A DNA stretch of 64,000 nt, from contig CBDICD010000002.1 in assembly GCA_965277235.1 (NCBI GenBank), forward strand, positions 75,861 to 139,860, in the 5' to 3' direction. The number at the start of each line of letters is the position of its first letter. The stretch's first letter is position 1. The notes beneath the pieces were generated by a model that was given only the letters and a program-made list of their open reading frames with translations, did no database searches and had not been told where the DNA came from. The position numbers were made by a program, and so were the translations under genes. The stretch comes from Terriglobus sp. GTDB taxonomy: Bacteria > Acidobacteriota > Terriglobia > Terriglobales > Acidobacteriaceae. This document shows positions 50,755 to 61,389 of this stretch, piece by piece.

Positions 50755-51786
50755 TTAGTTGGGTCGCGCCGCGGTTCCTTCCGCGGCAGCACGCTGATTT
50801 ACCTCTCGCCAGTGCTTCGGCGGCATACCCTCCCAATTGCGGAAGGCGCGTGCAAATGAATTCGCGTCCTCGTACCCGAGCAAATAGGCCGCTTCCGCAA
50901 GCTCCAGAACGGAGTTTCGGAGGTAATACCTCGCCATCTCGTGACGAGCCTCGTCCAGAACTCGTTGATAGCTCGATCCCAATTCCTGCAGCCGTCGTTG
51001 GAGGGTGCGAGGGCTCAGGCGCAAATCCTGTGCGATGTCATCAATCCCCGGCCTGTGGCCAGTGAGCTTCTGCTGAATCGCACCACGTACAAGCTCTACG
51101 AAGCTATCTTCCTGCCCGGTACGCTGCTGCAACTCCAGTTCAAATTGCGGCGCTAGCATTTCGAGCAGCTCCGCGTTCCGGGTCACAAACGGCAGCTCCG
51201 CATCCGAGCTGCGAAAGACGAGGGCATTACGGGTCGCACCACAGACTACCGGGCAGCCAAAGTACCGTTCCAAAGCTTTTCCATGCGCTCGCGGCTGCAC
51301 AAGTTCCACCCTTACAGGTGTGATCTTCTTGCCTACGCCCTGCCTCGCGATGGTAAGCATCCACGCGAAGCAATGCTCCACAAGGGCAGCGGGTTCGATT
51401 TCTACGGCCAGCGTCCAGCGGAACCGGATGCTCCATTCATCCGCTGCGTGGTCGTGGAGGATCTCTTCGGGCGCAGCCAGTTTCTTATAGTGCGCCATGT
51501 GCTTGACCGCCGCGCCCAGGCTCTCCGTCGAAAGAGCGGCTATCCCCATCGGGTGAAAACGCTCGATCTTCGTTTCCGTACCCAGCTTTAAACCGATCGA
51601 AGGGTCTTTGCTCACTTCCGCGATCGACCGCCAGAGGGCGAACAGTTCGGGCGTCGAGACAAGAATTCGAGTGTGCTGGAAGAAGTCCTGTGGCAAGGCC
51701 GCTTTGCGCAACACCGCAGGGACGGACACTCCCAGCTCTTCCAATCTGGTGGCGAGCATACCCGTAACTCGGAAGTGTTTCGTCAT
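50755..51786 (-). CDS. AraC family transcriptional regulator
   Basis: SPRTLQRRL...AYLLGYEDANSFARAFRNWEGMPP double HTH. Confidence 0.93.
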   Translation of the reverse strand: MTKHFRVTGMLATRLEELGVSVPAVLRKAALPQDFFQHTRILVSTPELFALWRSIAEVSKDPSIGLKLGTETKIERFHPMGIAALSTESLGAAVKHMAHYKKLAAPEEILHDHAADEWSIRFRWTLAVEIEPAALVEHCFAWMLTIARQGVGKKITPVRVELVQPRAHGKALERYFGCPVVCGATRNALVFRSSDAELPFVTRNAELLEMLAPQFELELQQRTGQEDSFVELVRGAIQQKLTGHRPGIDDIAQDLRLSPRTLQRRLQELGSSYQRVLDEARHEMARYYLRNSVLELAEAAYLLGYEDANSFARAFRNWEGMPPKHWREVNQRAAAEGTAARPN

Positions 51787-51912
51787 AATTCCGGCCTCTC
51801 ATCCAGCAGTCCCAAGCCTACGAGAATATGAGATGCCGAGCCCTGCAAAGCGCGCCATAGTCACAGCCAAACGCGCCAAACTCGATTTCTGTCTGCAGGC
51901 CTAAGTGCCACC

Positions 51913-52005
51913 GGGGCCGTTGCTCAATGTGAGCGGGACCTCATCCGGGAGCGGCAGCGTGAGGGGATAGCAATGGCAAAGCTTTGCCGGAAGCCTTATC
52001 CGTGA
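51913..52005 (+). pseudogene. Remnant of a serine recombinase (resolvase/invertase)
   Basis: Translates as GAVAQCERDLIRERQREGIAMAKLCRKP, matching the helix-E consensus A.AEFER.LI.ER..EG...AK..G..GRK. No start codon or catalytic N-terminus. Confidence 0.65.
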
Positions 52006-52257
52006 AATCCTTGTCGCTGTTCAGGCCATCGAGCTGCCGCAAATCGGTCTAGACAAGCGCGCTCACGCGCTTATACCCGACCACCAGTCCCTTCCGTGTG
52101 GCGGCTTGACAGGTTTGTGTCCGGATAAGTTCTTTAGCTTTCGCCATCAGGTGTTGGATTGGACAAGAACCGACGTGTGACCTTCAGCGAGAAGCGGCCA
52201 GTGTTCTTCATCGCTATCCAGCGGTCAATAAGAGTGCTGTGAATTGACTATATCGCC

Positions 52258-52760
52258 TCAGGAGTCCAAGCTCGCAAGTCGTGATCGCGCCTCGACGAGT
52301 GACTTGGCCTGTTCGCGCCAATCGGAATCAATACGGTAAGAATCATTTTGGCTGCACGAATCGACTGCCTGAATCGGGCTTTCCAAAGAGAGTGCATCCA
52401 CTCGCGACAAGAACAGCTTCAAGATAGACGAGCTGTTTCCCTTACGGTAACCCAAGGAAACATCGATTTTCGGCCCAGGACCTTGAAGCGAACGCGTTGT
52501 TACAGCAGGGGGAAGAAATGTCTCTGCATAGTGCGGTAAGAGCGCGACACCACCCGTCGAAGCGATGAGAGACATGACGCCACCGAGGTTGTCCACTTCG
52601 TAGCTTGGTTTGATCTCAATCCCGTTGTCATGCAAAAACCGGTCAATGGTGCGGCGTAGCGCGGGTTGTCTTCCTGAGATGCTAAGAGCGGTTCCCGAAA
52701 CACTGATGAATCTCTCGCAGGCGATCTCCTGAACGGTGATCGGATCAGCCAAGGCAAACC
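52258..52760 (-). pseudogene. 5'-truncated LysR regulator (substrate-binding half only)
   Basis: EVDNLGGVMSLIASTGGVALLP.YAE.FLP..V..R.L...LKLFL. No HTH, and it abuts the tRNA terminator. Confidence 0.7.
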
Positions 52761-52804
52761 CGGCCGCTCAACCATCGGGTACCAACCGGAGCATTGGAAC
52801 GACA

Positions 52805-52826
52805 AAGGCTACCGAGTGGTAGCCTT
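52805..52826 (-). terminator. Hairpin downstream of tRNA-Glu
   Basis: AAGGCTACC-gagt-GGTAGCCTT, a perfect 9-bp stem 27 nt past the CCA end. Confidence 0.6.
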
Positions 52827-52853
52827 GCGAATCAATCCAATGACAAACTTGTT

Positions 52854-52930
52854 TGGTAGCGCTATCGGGGCTCGAACCCGAACTCTTCGCCTTGAGAGGG
52901 CGACGTGTTAACCAGTTACACCATAGCGCC
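52854..52930 (-). tRNA. tRNA-Glu (anticodon CTC)
   Basis: Reverse complement GGCGCTATGGTGTAACTGGTTAACACGTCGCCCTCTCAAGGCGAAGAGTTCGGGTTCGAGCCCCGATAGCGCTACCA has an acceptor stem, D arm, TCGCC/GGCGA anticodon stem, GTTCGA loop and encoded CCA. Confidence 0.96.
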
Positions 52931-52993
52931 ACATCATCCCGCGGCAACTTCCACAGGATACATCAGCTTCCCGGCGAGTCCAAACCGGGCCGA

Positions 52994-53269
52994 CTATATT
53001 CCTAGCCGCTTGACCTCGTCGTTGTAGTACTTCCGGTACAGAATGTCCCACTCCTGGGAGCCTTCCATGATGATGCGCTGCTGTGACGAAATCTTGCCAC
53101 GCGCCGCCGCATCGATCTTCAGTTCATCTGCAAACAGCACTTCCAGAATCCGACGTGCTTCCTGCCGCAACGTGTTCCGGTCTTCCAGAAACTCGGCCTC
53201 CGGCGTATCCGCCAGAGTGTCGGCAATCGTGTGGGCCAGCTTGTTCACTTTGTCGCGGCTGATTCTCAC
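52994..53269 (-). CDS. DUF507 family protein
   Basis: MRISRDK...IDAAAR.KI...EGSQEWDILYRKYY..E. Confidence 0.8.
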   Translation of the reverse strand: MRISRDKVNKLAHTIADTLADTPEAEFLEDRNTLRQEARRILEVLFADELKIDAAARGKISSQQRIIMEGSQEWDILYRKYYNDEVKRLGI

Positions 53270-53544
53270 AGCACCGCCTTGTAGCGCTTGACCAGCTCCA
53301 TCTTTACTTTCTTGAACATCTCCGGAAAGCTGGCGCCGTTCTTCAGCATCTCGTCCTGGTAGCTCTCCAGGATCAACCGCGCCTCTTCATTGATGCGGTC
53401 TTCCAGCGACAGTTCTTCCAGAATCGCGGCCTGCACGCGTTCCACCAGCACGGCCGGCTTGTCGGTCTTTACCATCTTCGACTCGGTCAGCCGGCGCACC
53501 GCCTGCCGCGAAAGATAGCCAATGTAATCCCTTGAAAAGAGCAT
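53266..53544 (-). CDS. DUF507 family protein
   Basis: EDRINEEARLILE...EMFKKVK.EL, with a GTGA overlap to the downstream paralog. Confidence 0.8.
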   Translation of the reverse strand: MLFSRDYIGYLSRQAVRRLTESKMVKTDKPAVLVERVQAAILEELSLEDRINEEARLILESYQDEMLKNGASFPEMFKKVKMELVKRYKAVL

Positions 53545-53612
53545 GAGCGAACTCGATGGTACCACGCTGAATTGGCCGCCATCCCGGTCGCTCGCAGTGA
53601 GACAATCGAGCC

Positions 53613-54077
53613 ATGCAAACCGACAGCCTTCACCTCGTGAAGGACGACATGATCGCCTTCATCGCCGGCAACGGCCTCCGCCGTTTCACCGCCTACGTTG
53701 CAGAAGATGTGCCCTCCGTCGTCTTTGAAGAAGACAGCGTCGACGGTTGGAAAGACTTCGTGGAACACGCCAAGGCAAGCGGCGCCTCCTTCGTCACCAT
53801 GAGCGAGGTTCAGCTCGATAAGGAGGACATCGAACTCCTTGTCTCCCAAATGCGTTCCCAGGATTTCGCGAGCGACGACTCCCCGGAACTGGAAGACGCG
53901 CAGTCCCTCCTCAAATACATCGGCAAGATTGGTTACCTGCAACTCGGCTTCGCTCACCAGGGCGTCATGTTCCTGTACGAAGCAGCCACCGAATGGTACG
54001 ACCAGTACCAGCAGTGGATGGAAGCCATGGCCGAACTCGGCAGCATTCACCTCGACAGCGCCAGCGACCCCGAATAA
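53613..54077 (+). CDS. Conserved-looking acidic hypothetical protein
   Basis: 154 aa with strong GC3 codon bias like its core neighbours. No motif recognised. Confidence 0.75.
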   Translation: MQTDSLHLVKDDMIAFIAGNGLRRFTAYVAEDVPSVVFEEDSVDGWKDFVEHAKASGASFVTMSEVQLDKEDIELLVSQMRSQDFASDDSPELEDAQSLLKYIGKIGYLQLGFAHQGVMFLYEAATEWYDQYQQWMEAMAELGSIHLDSASDPE

Positions 54078-54116
54078 CACGGCACCGCAACGCACAACGC
54101 ACGCACGAAGAACGAT

Positions 54117-56012
54117 TTGCTCAACCCCTCCCCAGCTTCCCCGCAGAGCGCTACCGAACTGCGATGGCTCCTGCCTCCTTCGGTAGACCCTGCACTCCAG
54201 GCGCTGGCCAACAGCCTCGACCTGCCGGACTGGCTCGCCGCCATTCTGCGCAACCGCGGCCTGCACACCAGCGCCGACATCCTGGCGTTCCTCAACCCAA
54301 GCTCCGAAGGTCTGCACGATCCGGACCTCATGCGCGGCATGCAGCACGGTGTCGACCGCATCCTCCAGGCCATCCAGCAACGGGAACCCATCCTCATCTA
54401 TGGCGACTATGACGTGGACGGCACCCTTGCCACCGTACTCCTGAAAACTGCCATCGATCGGCTCACCCCCAAATCAACCCTTCCATCTGAGACCATCAGC
54501 TCCCTCGTCCGCTACCACATTCCCCACCGGATTCGGGAGGGCTACGGCGTGCAGACCGCCGTCCTGGCAGACGCCGCAGCCCAGGGTGTCCGTCTCGTGA
54601 TCTCTGTGGACACCGGCATCCGCGCCTTTGCCGCAGCTGCTGAAGCCAGGTCACTCGGCCTTGATCTGATCGTCACCGACCATCACCTGCCAGACGCCCT
54701 CGGCATTCCTGAAGCTGTCGCTGTCATCAACCCGAACCAGGCAGACTGCACCTATCCCTTTAAGGATCTGTGCGGCGCGGCCGTCGCCTTCAAAGTCGCC
54801 GCCGCCCTTCTGCTCGCCGCGGCGCACCGGCAGCCTGCAGGTGTGCAACCCATCGACGAACTCACCGTGCGCGATCGGCTCTTGCCTTCCCTGCTCAAGC
54901 TCGTCGCCATCGCAACTGTTGCAGACGCTGTTCCCCTCCACGGTGAAAACCGCATCATCACTGCTCTGGGCTTGGGCTCCTTGCAGCAGGTGTATCAACC
55001 TGGTCTGCGCGCCCTGCTCCACTACGCAGAGGTTGGCGCAAAGGACGAGGCTCCCTCCGCCACCGCCATTGCCTTCCGCGTTGCTCCGCGCATCAATGCC
55101 GCGGGCCGCATGGACATCGCCTCCGACGTCGTTCGCATGCTGCTCACCCGCGATCCAGAAGAGGGCCGGGCCCTTGCAGAAAAGCTCCACCTGCTCAACC
55201 GCGACCGGCGCACCGTCGAAGACTCTGTCCTGCAACAGATTGACGCTCTGCTTGACGACATGGGCGAGGAGGACCTTGCTGTCGCCGGCTGCCTTGTGCT
55301 CGACGGCGAAGGCTGGCATCGCGGTGTCGTCGGCATCCTTGCGTCGCGCGTGGTGGAGCGCACCAACCGGCCTGCCCTCGTCATCACCCACGAGGACGGC
55401 AAGGCCCACGGCTCAGGCCGTTCCATCACCGGCTTTCACCTGCTTGACGCCATCACCGCCGCCCACGTCGCTCACCCCGGCCTACCTCTCTTCGACCGCT
55501 TTGGCGGCCATGCCCACGCCGTTGGCTTCTCCCTGCCTTCCACCCACGTGAGCCACCTTCGCCATCATCTGGCCACCTACGCCGCCGGCAGGCTTACCCC
55601 CACCATGCTCCAGCCCACCCTCACACTCGACGCCGAACTTCCCTTCGCCGCCATCGACCGGGCAGCACTCGCCAACCTCAAGCGGCTTGAACCCTTCGGC
55701 CATGCCGCTGCCGAACCTGTCTTCCTCGCCACCAGCGTCACCATCCGCGAGCTGCGCACGTTAAAAGACACGCATCTCAAGCTGCACCTGCAGCAGGGCA
55801 ACGGCCCCGTCCTTCAGTGCCTTGCATGGAGTCGGCGAATCCAGTGGCCACGACGCCTCGAAAACCTCGGTATCGCAGTTGGCAGCGTCGTCGATGTGGC
55901 TTTTCACCTCCGCGAGAACCGTCACCCCGACTTCGGCGGGCCCGAGCTCCAGCTGTATGATGTGCGCCTTCACCGGCCACACCAGGCCTTTGAGACTCCA
56001 GCAAACAGGTAA
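54117..56012 (+). CDS. recJ: Single-stranded-DNA-specific exonuclease RecJ
   Basis: YGDYDVDG, SVDTG, TDHH, LCGAAVAFK, TVAD.VPL.GENR, PRINAAGR, GSGRS, FGGH and LEPFG motifs. Confidence 0.95.
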   Translation: MLNPSPASPQSATELRWLLPPSVDPALQALANSLDLPDWLAAILRNRGLHTSADILAFLNPSSEGLHDPDLMRGMQHGVDRILQAIQQREPILIYGDYDVDGTLATVLLKTAIDRLTPKSTLPSETISSLVRYHIPHRIREGYGVQTAVLADAAAQGVRLVISVDTGIRAFAAAAEARSLGLDLIVTDHHLPDALGIPEAVAVINPNQADCTYPFKDLCGAAVAFKVAAALLLAAAHRQPAGVQPIDELTVRDRLLPSLLKLVAIATVADAVPLHGENRIITALGLGSLQQVYQPGLRALLHYAEVGAKDEAPSATAIAFRVAPRINAAGRMDIASDVVRMLLTRDPEEGRALAEKLHLLNRDRRTVEDSVLQQIDALLDDMGEEDLAVAGCLVLDGEGWHRGVVGILASRVVERTNRPALVITHEDGKAHGSGRSITGFHLLDAITAAHVAHPGLPLFDRFGGHAHAVGFSLPSTHVSHLRHHLATYAAGRLTPTMLQPTLTLDAELPFAAIDRAALANLKRLEPFGHAAAEPVFLATSVTIRELRTLKDTHLKLHLQQGNGPVLQCLAWSRRIQWPRRLENLGIAVGSVVDVAFHLRENRHPDFGGPELQLYDVRLHRPHQAFETPANR

Positions 56013-56090
56013 CCCCCGAAGGCTCCCCCGCAACATCTCTGAAGCGTCAGCAGCGGAGCCGCGTCTTATATACTCAGTTGACCGACAAGC

Positions 56091-57335
56091 ATGAGTGAAC
56101 CGACCCCGAGCCGCGCCTTGCGGACTACTGTTATAGCGGCCGTTGTCGTAGCGGCAATCGTCCTGCTGGTTGTAAGCATCCGCTATGCCACGCGCGAAGA
56201 CACCCTGGTTCGCACCGCTACTGTCCAGCTCGGGGACGTTGTCAGCTCCGTCCCCACCAATGGCATCGTCAAGCCAGTCGAACTCTACCAGGCACACGCG
56301 TCCGCTCCTGGCCAGGTTACCGCCGTGTACGTCCACGCCGGTGAGCAGGTCGCCAGCGGCACACTTCTGCTTAAGCTCGATGATGCCGACGCCGTGGCCA
56401 AGGTACAGAGCGCACTTTCTTCCGTCGCGGTAGCCAACGCCGGCGTGCATGACATTCGCTCCGGCGGTTCACAGGACGAAACCAATGCGCTGCACGGCGA
56501 CATCGACCGCTCCAGCCTGCAGGTCGCGCAGGCGCAGTCCAGCCTCACTGCATTGCAGCAGTTACAGGGTAAAGGCGCCGCTTCAGCCAGCGAGGTGGCC
56601 GCGGCTCGAGAGCGTCTGCTCACCGCCCAGAGCTCCCTCGCATCGCTCAAACAGCGGGCTACCCAGCGGTATGCAGCCACCGATGTGCAGCGTGCCGCCG
56701 CCCAGGCAGCAGACAGCCGCGCTTCCCTTGCCGCGGCAGAGCATGACCTTGGCAACAACGTCGTTCGTGCGCCCTTCGCCGGCACCATCTTTGACCTTCC
56801 CGTTCAGCGCTATGACTATGTCGCCAGTGGCGAAGCCCTGGTACAGGTCGCAAACCTTAGCCGGATGCAGGTGCACGCCTATTTTGACGAGCCTGAGATC
56901 GGCAAACTCCACACTGGCGATGCCGTCCGCATTACTTGGGAGGCCAAGCCCGGCAAGCAGTGGCACGGCCACATTCTTCGTCCGCCCACCACCGTTCAGA
57001 CTTACGGCACGCGCAACGTAGGCGAGTGCCTCATCACTGTCGACGACGCCACTGGAGATCTGCTGCCGAATACCAACGTCACCGTAAACGTCACGACGCA
57101 GCAGGTACACGGCGTCCCCACCATCCCGCGCGAGGCTCTCCGCACCCTGGGCTCGTCGAACTTTGTGTACACCATTGACCACAGCAAACTTCACAAGACC
57201 CCTGTGGAAGTTGGTGCCCTCAACCTCATCAGCGTCCAGATCACTGGCGGTCTCTCCCTGGGTCAGCACGTTGCCCTCAACGCCACCAGCAACGTTGACC
57301 TCACAGACGGCCTGCTGGTGAAGGAGGCGCATTGA
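56091..57335 (+). CDS. HlyD / RND-type periplasmic adaptor (membrane fusion protein)
   Basis: N-terminal TM anchor, lipoyl halves (GEQVASGTLLLKLD, VRAPFAGTI) and a coiled coil. Confidence 0.88.
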   Translation: MSEPTPSRALRTTVIAAVVVAAIVLLVVSIRYATREDTLVRTATVQLGDVVSSVPTNGIVKPVELYQAHASAPGQVTAVYVHAGEQVASGTLLLKLDDADAVAKVQSALSSVAVANAGVHDIRSGGSQDETNALHGDIDRSSLQVAQAQSSLTALQQLQGKGAASASEVAAARERLLTAQSSLASLKQRATQRYAATDVQRAAAQAADSRASLAAAEHDLGNNVVRAPFAGTIFDLPVQRYDYVASGEALVQVANLSRMQVHAYFDEPEIGKLHTGDAVRITWEAKPGKQWHGHILRPPTTVQTYGTRNVGECLITVDDATGDLLPNTNVTVNVTTQQVHGVPTIPREALRTLGSSNFVYTIDHSKLHKTPVEVGALNLISVQITGGLSLGQHVALNATSNVDLTDGLLVKEAH

Positions 57336-58309
57336 TCCTGCGTCCCACCTCGCTTCTCCTTGCACGCCTCCTGCTTACATGTGCTCTTACCGTTGCCGTT
57401 ATGCCAGCCTCCGCGCAAAGCATTGCGCAGGCACGCGCACTCGCCCATCAGGGCAAGGCAGATGCTGCCATCAGTCAGGCACGCGCCGTGGCCGGCAGTT
57501 CGCCCCGCAGCTTTGAGGCGCACGAACTACTCTGCCAGCTCTTCCGGAGCACCAACCACTTCGACGACGCAATCCACGAGTGCGAAGCAGCACGCGATCT
57601 GCAGTCCGGCAACAGCAACGCAGAGCTTGAGCTCGCCCGTGCTTATGGGGCAAAGGCTGACCACGCCGGCGCTCTCACCGGCATGCGTATGGTCGGCCGC
57701 ATCCGCGACAGCTTTGAAAAGGCCGCCCAACTCGACCCCAGGAACGTCGACGCTCTGAGCGATCTTGGCGAGTTCTACGTGGAGGCTCCAGGTCTGGTCG
57801 GGGGCGGCGCAGACAAGGCGCGCGCCATCATTGCCCAGCTGCGTCCCCTTTCGCCTGCCCGCTCGCACCGCCTCGCGGGCATGTTGGCCGCCAAATCGGG
57901 CGACTACGCAACAGCAGACGCGGAGTTCGCCGCCGAGCTCGCTGCCGCACCCACGCCAGAAGCCTATGTCGACCTGGCCGTCTACAACCGCAAGCGTAAA
58001 AACTTTGCCGCCGCAGAAGCCAACGCTGTGCTCGCCATTCAAAAGGACACAGCACACGGCCCAGACACCATCGACGCCGCGGAAAACCTGCTCCTCCTCA
58101 GGCGCAGTCTGCCGATCGCGCAACAGGGTCTGCTCGATTACCTCGCCCACGACCAGCGCTCCGTCGTGCTGCCCGCAGCACATGTTCATACGCTGCTCGG
58201 CGAGATCCTGCAGGCTCAGGGAAACAACGCAGCCGCCCAGCAGCAGTTTCAGCAGGCCCTTACGCTGGTTGCCGACTACGAGCCTGCCCGCAAGGCGCTG
58301 CGCAAATGA
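57332..58309 (+). CDS. Secreted tetratricopeptide-repeat protein
   Basis: Signal peptide, Ala-rich TPR helices, FEKAAQLDP.N and EAPGLVGGG.DKA motifs. Confidence 0.82.
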   Translation: MILRPTSLLLARLLLTCALTVAVMPASAQSIAQARALAHQGKADAAISQARAVAGSSPRSFEAHELLCQLFRSTNHFDDAIHECEAARDLQSGNSNAELELARAYGAKADHAGALTGMRMVGRIRDSFEKAAQLDPRNVDALSDLGEFYVEAPGLVGGGADKARAIIAQLRPLSPARSHRLAGMLAAKSGDYATADAEFAAELAAAPTPEAYVDLAVYNRKRKNFAAAEANAVLAIQKDTAHGPDTIDAAENLLLLRRSLPIAQQGLLDYLAHDQRSVVLPAAHVHTLLGEILQAQGNNAAAQQQFQQALTLVADYEPARKALRK

Positions 58310-59766
58310 CCGCACCCGCTTTCCTCCGGCTCACGCTCGCCGCCAGCTGCCTCTACGCTGGAGCGTCCGTAGCCTCCGCCCAGATTTCGCTCCAGACCGC
58401 CGTCGATCTTGCCCTGCGCAACAGCCCCAAAATTCGCGGTGCCCAGGCCGACCTGGACAAAGCCCGTGCTGCCCGCGGCGAAGCAAAGGATGCTTTCATT
58501 CCCTCTGTCGTTACACAGGGTGGGTACGGCCAGGCCACCGGCGCGCCTCTCGGCGTTCCGGTTATCTTCAGCATCTCCGCCCAAAGTCTCGTCTTCAGCT
58601 TCTCCCAGCGCGATTACATCCGCTCCGCCCAGGCCTCTGTTGAGTCCGCCGAGCACGCCCTCCACGAGCAGCAGATTCAGGTCGTGGAAGACACCACCAA
58701 CACCTATCTCGCTCTTGATAGCGCCAGTGCCCGCCGGGCAGTGCTGAACGAAGAACACGACGTCGCCGGCAAGCTCATATCAATCACGAACGACCGTATC
58801 AATGCAGGCGTAGACGCCCCGGTGGAGCTCCCAAAATCCCGCCGCACGGCCACACAGATCTCCCTTGCCGGCCTGCAGCTTGCCGATGAGATTGCAGCAG
58901 ACAGCCAGCACCTGGCCACCCTCACCGGCATGCCCGCGTCCGCCATCGCCACGGAGTCCGGTACGATCCCACACTTCGACGCGCCAATCGCGCCTGGCCC
59001 TCAGAGCGACGCGGTCGCCGATAGCGAAGGAATCAGCGCCGCCTTCGCCACCGCTCGCGCGAAGCAGCTTGCCGCCTTTGGTGACCGCCGCTACCTGTTC
59101 CGGCCCAACATTTCGTTCGTCACAAACTACAGCCGTGTCGACACAGGCCTCTCCTCCTACGCGTCCTACTACCCCGACTACCAGGGACGAAAAGGTCGCC
59201 CTAACAGCGAAAACTCGCTTGGCTTTGGCCTGCAGATTAATGTTCCCCTGCTCGACTACGCGCACCGTTCCAAAGCCAGGGGCTCGGTAGCTGACGCCGC
59301 ACGCGCCCTGGCCGACGCCGAACAGCAGCGCGGCGTCTTTCGCGAGGGCCGTGCCCGCCTGCAGCACAGCGCCCTCGAGCTCCAGCTCCGCGCGGACCTC
59401 GCCCATGACGACCAGGAGATCGCGAAGGATCAGCTCGAAGCTCTCCAACTACAAATGCAGGCATCTGCCGCCAACCTGCAAGGCCCGCAGGTCACACCCA
59501 AAGACGAGCTCAACGCCCGCCTGCAGGAGCGGCAGCGCACCTACGACATGCTCACCGCGGAGCTGCAGCTCCGGCAAACGCAGGTCAACCTCCTGCGACA
59601 GACGGATGCACTTGGCGTCTGGATTGGAGGCCACCCATCCGCCGGCGCCGCCGCCACGCCTTCCATCACCCCCGCGGCAAACGCGCCCGCAGTCCCCGGA
59701 ACAGCCCCCGCAGCGCCCTCCACTGCACCTTCCGTCCTCCCAACACCCGCCACACCCCAGCCTTGA
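58306..59766 (+). CDS. TolC family outer-membrane protein with Pro/Ala/Thr-rich tail
   Basis: ISLQTAVDLALRNSP, GLQINVPLLD, coiled-coil helices, ATGA overlap. Confidence 0.82.
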   Translation: MTAPAFLRLTLAASCLYAGASVASAQISLQTAVDLALRNSPKIRGAQADLDKARAARGEAKDAFIPSVVTQGGYGQATGAPLGVPVIFSISAQSLVFSFSQRDYIRSAQASVESAEHALHEQQIQVVEDTTNTYLALDSASARRAVLNEEHDVAGKLISITNDRINAGVDAPVELPKSRRTATQISLAGLQLADEIAADSQHLATLTGMPASAIATESGTIPHFDAPIAPGPQSDAVADSEGISAAFATARAKQLAAFGDRRYLFRPNISFVTNYSRVDTGLSSYASYYPDYQGRKGRPNSENSLGFGLQINVPLLDYAHRSKARGSVADAARALADAEQQRGVFREGRARLQHSALELQLRADLAHDDQEIAKDQLEALQLQMQASAANLQGPQVTPKDELNARLQERQRTYDMLTAELQLRQTQVNLLRQTDALGVWIGGHPSAGAAATPSITPAANAPAVPGTAPAAPSTAPSVLPTPATPQP

Positions 59767-59845
59767 CCCGCAACTCGTCGCGTGCTCAGCCGGGTTCGCC
59801 AGCGGTCCACATGGTGTGCAAAATGGTAAACTTTGAGGTATTGAC

Positions 59846-61324
59846 ATGGTCCTGAAAACTCTTCTCCTGAACCCGCCTTCCTTTGAAAATTTCGACGGCG
59901 GTGCCTCCTCCCGCTGGCCCGCCACGCGCGAAATCGAGTCCTACTGGTATCCCGTCTGGCTCGCTTACCCCGCCGGCATGCTTGAAGGTTCACGCCTGCT
60001 CGACGCGCCGCCGCACCACGTCAGCGCCGAAGAGACCATCAACATCTCAAAGGATTACGAGTTCCTCGTGCTCTTCACCAGCACGGTAGGCTGGGCCGGT
60101 GACCACGCCATGGCCCAGGCCATGAAGAAAGTAAATCCGAATCTAAAGATCACCTTCGTCGGTCCGCCCGTCACCACCGACCCCGACCGTGCCCTGAACG
60201 AGTGCTCTGCGATCGACTTCGTCTGCCGCCGCGAGTTCGACTTCGCCGTCGTCGAGTTTGCCCAGGGCAAACCGCTCTCTGAGATTCTCGGCATCAGCTA
60301 CCGCAACCCGGACGGCACCATCCAGCACAATGCGGACCGTGCGCAGGTCGACGACCTCGACGCCATGCCGTGGGCTACCAAGATCTACAAGCGCGACATG
60401 GACGTCACCCGCTACAACGTCCCGTTCCTGCTGCATCCCTACATCTCGCTCTACAGCACCCGCGGCTGTCCCGCCCAGTGCACCTTCTGCCTATGGCCGC
60501 AGACACTTTCCGGCCACGCCTGGCGCAAGCGCTCGTCCGACGACGTCGCCGCCGAGATGAAGTGGGCCCGCGACAACTTTCCAGACGTCAAGGAGTTCTT
60601 CTTTGACGACGACACCTTCAACATCCAGAAGGCTCGCACCATCGAGCTCTGCTCAAAGCTGAAGCCTCTCGGCATCACCTGGTCCTGCACCTCGCGCGTC
60701 ACTACCGACCGCGACACCCTGAAGGCTATGAAGGAAGCCGGTTGCCGCCTGCTCATCGTCGGCTTCGAATCCGGCGATCCGCAAATCCTTAAGAACATTA
60801 AAAAGGGTGCCACTGTCGAACGCGCCCGCGACTTCGTCAAGGACTGCCACGATCTCGGTCTCGTCATCCACGCCGACTTCATTCTTGGCCTGCCGGGCGA
60901 AACTAAAGACTCGATCCGTAACACCATCAACTTCGCAAAAACGCTGGACTGCGAAACCATCCAGGTCTCGGTAGCCCATGCCTACCCAGGTACGGAGTTC
61001 TACGACTACGCCGAGAAGAACGGCTTCATCACCAACGAGATCATGAACGACACCGGCGGGCACCAGATGGCACACATCGAGTACCCCGGCCTGCCCACGG
61101 AGTACGTCATGGAGATGGTCCACCGCTTCTACGACGAGTACTATTTCCGTCCCAAGGCCGCCTTCCGCGTCGTCTGGAAGGCCGTCGTCAACCGCGACGT
61201 CCCCCGCCTCTACGTCGAAGCCAAGGCCTTCATGAAGCTCCGCTCCCAGCGCAACAAGGCCTCCCGTGCCAAGCGCGAAGAGAACGCCCTCAAGGCGCAG
61301 GAATCCGTCAGCATGAACGCTTGA
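59846..61324 (+). CDS. hpnJ: Hopanoid-biosynthesis-associated radical SAM protein
   Basis: LNPPSFENFDGGASSRWPATREIESYWYPVWLA N-terminus and CPAQCTFC (CxxxCxxC). Lies near hpnE. Confidence 0.93.
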   Translation: MVLKTLLLNPPSFENFDGGASSRWPATREIESYWYPVWLAYPAGMLEGSRLLDAPPHHVSAEETINISKDYEFLVLFTSTVGWAGDHAMAQAMKKVNPNLKITFVGPPVTTDPDRALNECSAIDFVCRREFDFAVVEFAQGKPLSEILGISYRNPDGTIQHNADRAQVDDLDAMPWATKIYKRDMDVTRYNVPFLLHPYISLYSTRGCPAQCTFCLWPQTLSGHAWRKRSSDDVAAEMKWARDNFPDVKEFFFDDDTFNIQKARTIELCSKLKPLGITWSCTSRVTTDRDTLKAMKEAGCRLLIVGFESGDPQILKNIKKGATVERARDFVKDCHDLGLVIHADFILGLPGETKDSIRNTINFAKTLDCETIQVSVAHAYPGTEFYDYAEKNGFITNEIMNDTGGHQMAHIEYPGLPTEYVMEMVHRFYDEYYFRPKAAFRVVWKAVVNRDVPRLYVEAKAFMKLRSQRNKASRAKREENALKAQESVSMNA

Positions 61325-61346
61325 GTTAACTGCCGTCCCCTCCACA

Positions 61347-61372
61347 ACAAACCCGGCGACCGCCGGGTTTGT
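61347..61372 (+). terminator. Intrinsic terminator after hpnJ
   Basis: ACAAACCCGGCG-ac-CGCCGGGTTTGT inverted repeat 22 nt after the stop. Confidence 0.7.
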
Positions 61373-61389
61373 CTATTCAAGGGTCAGCT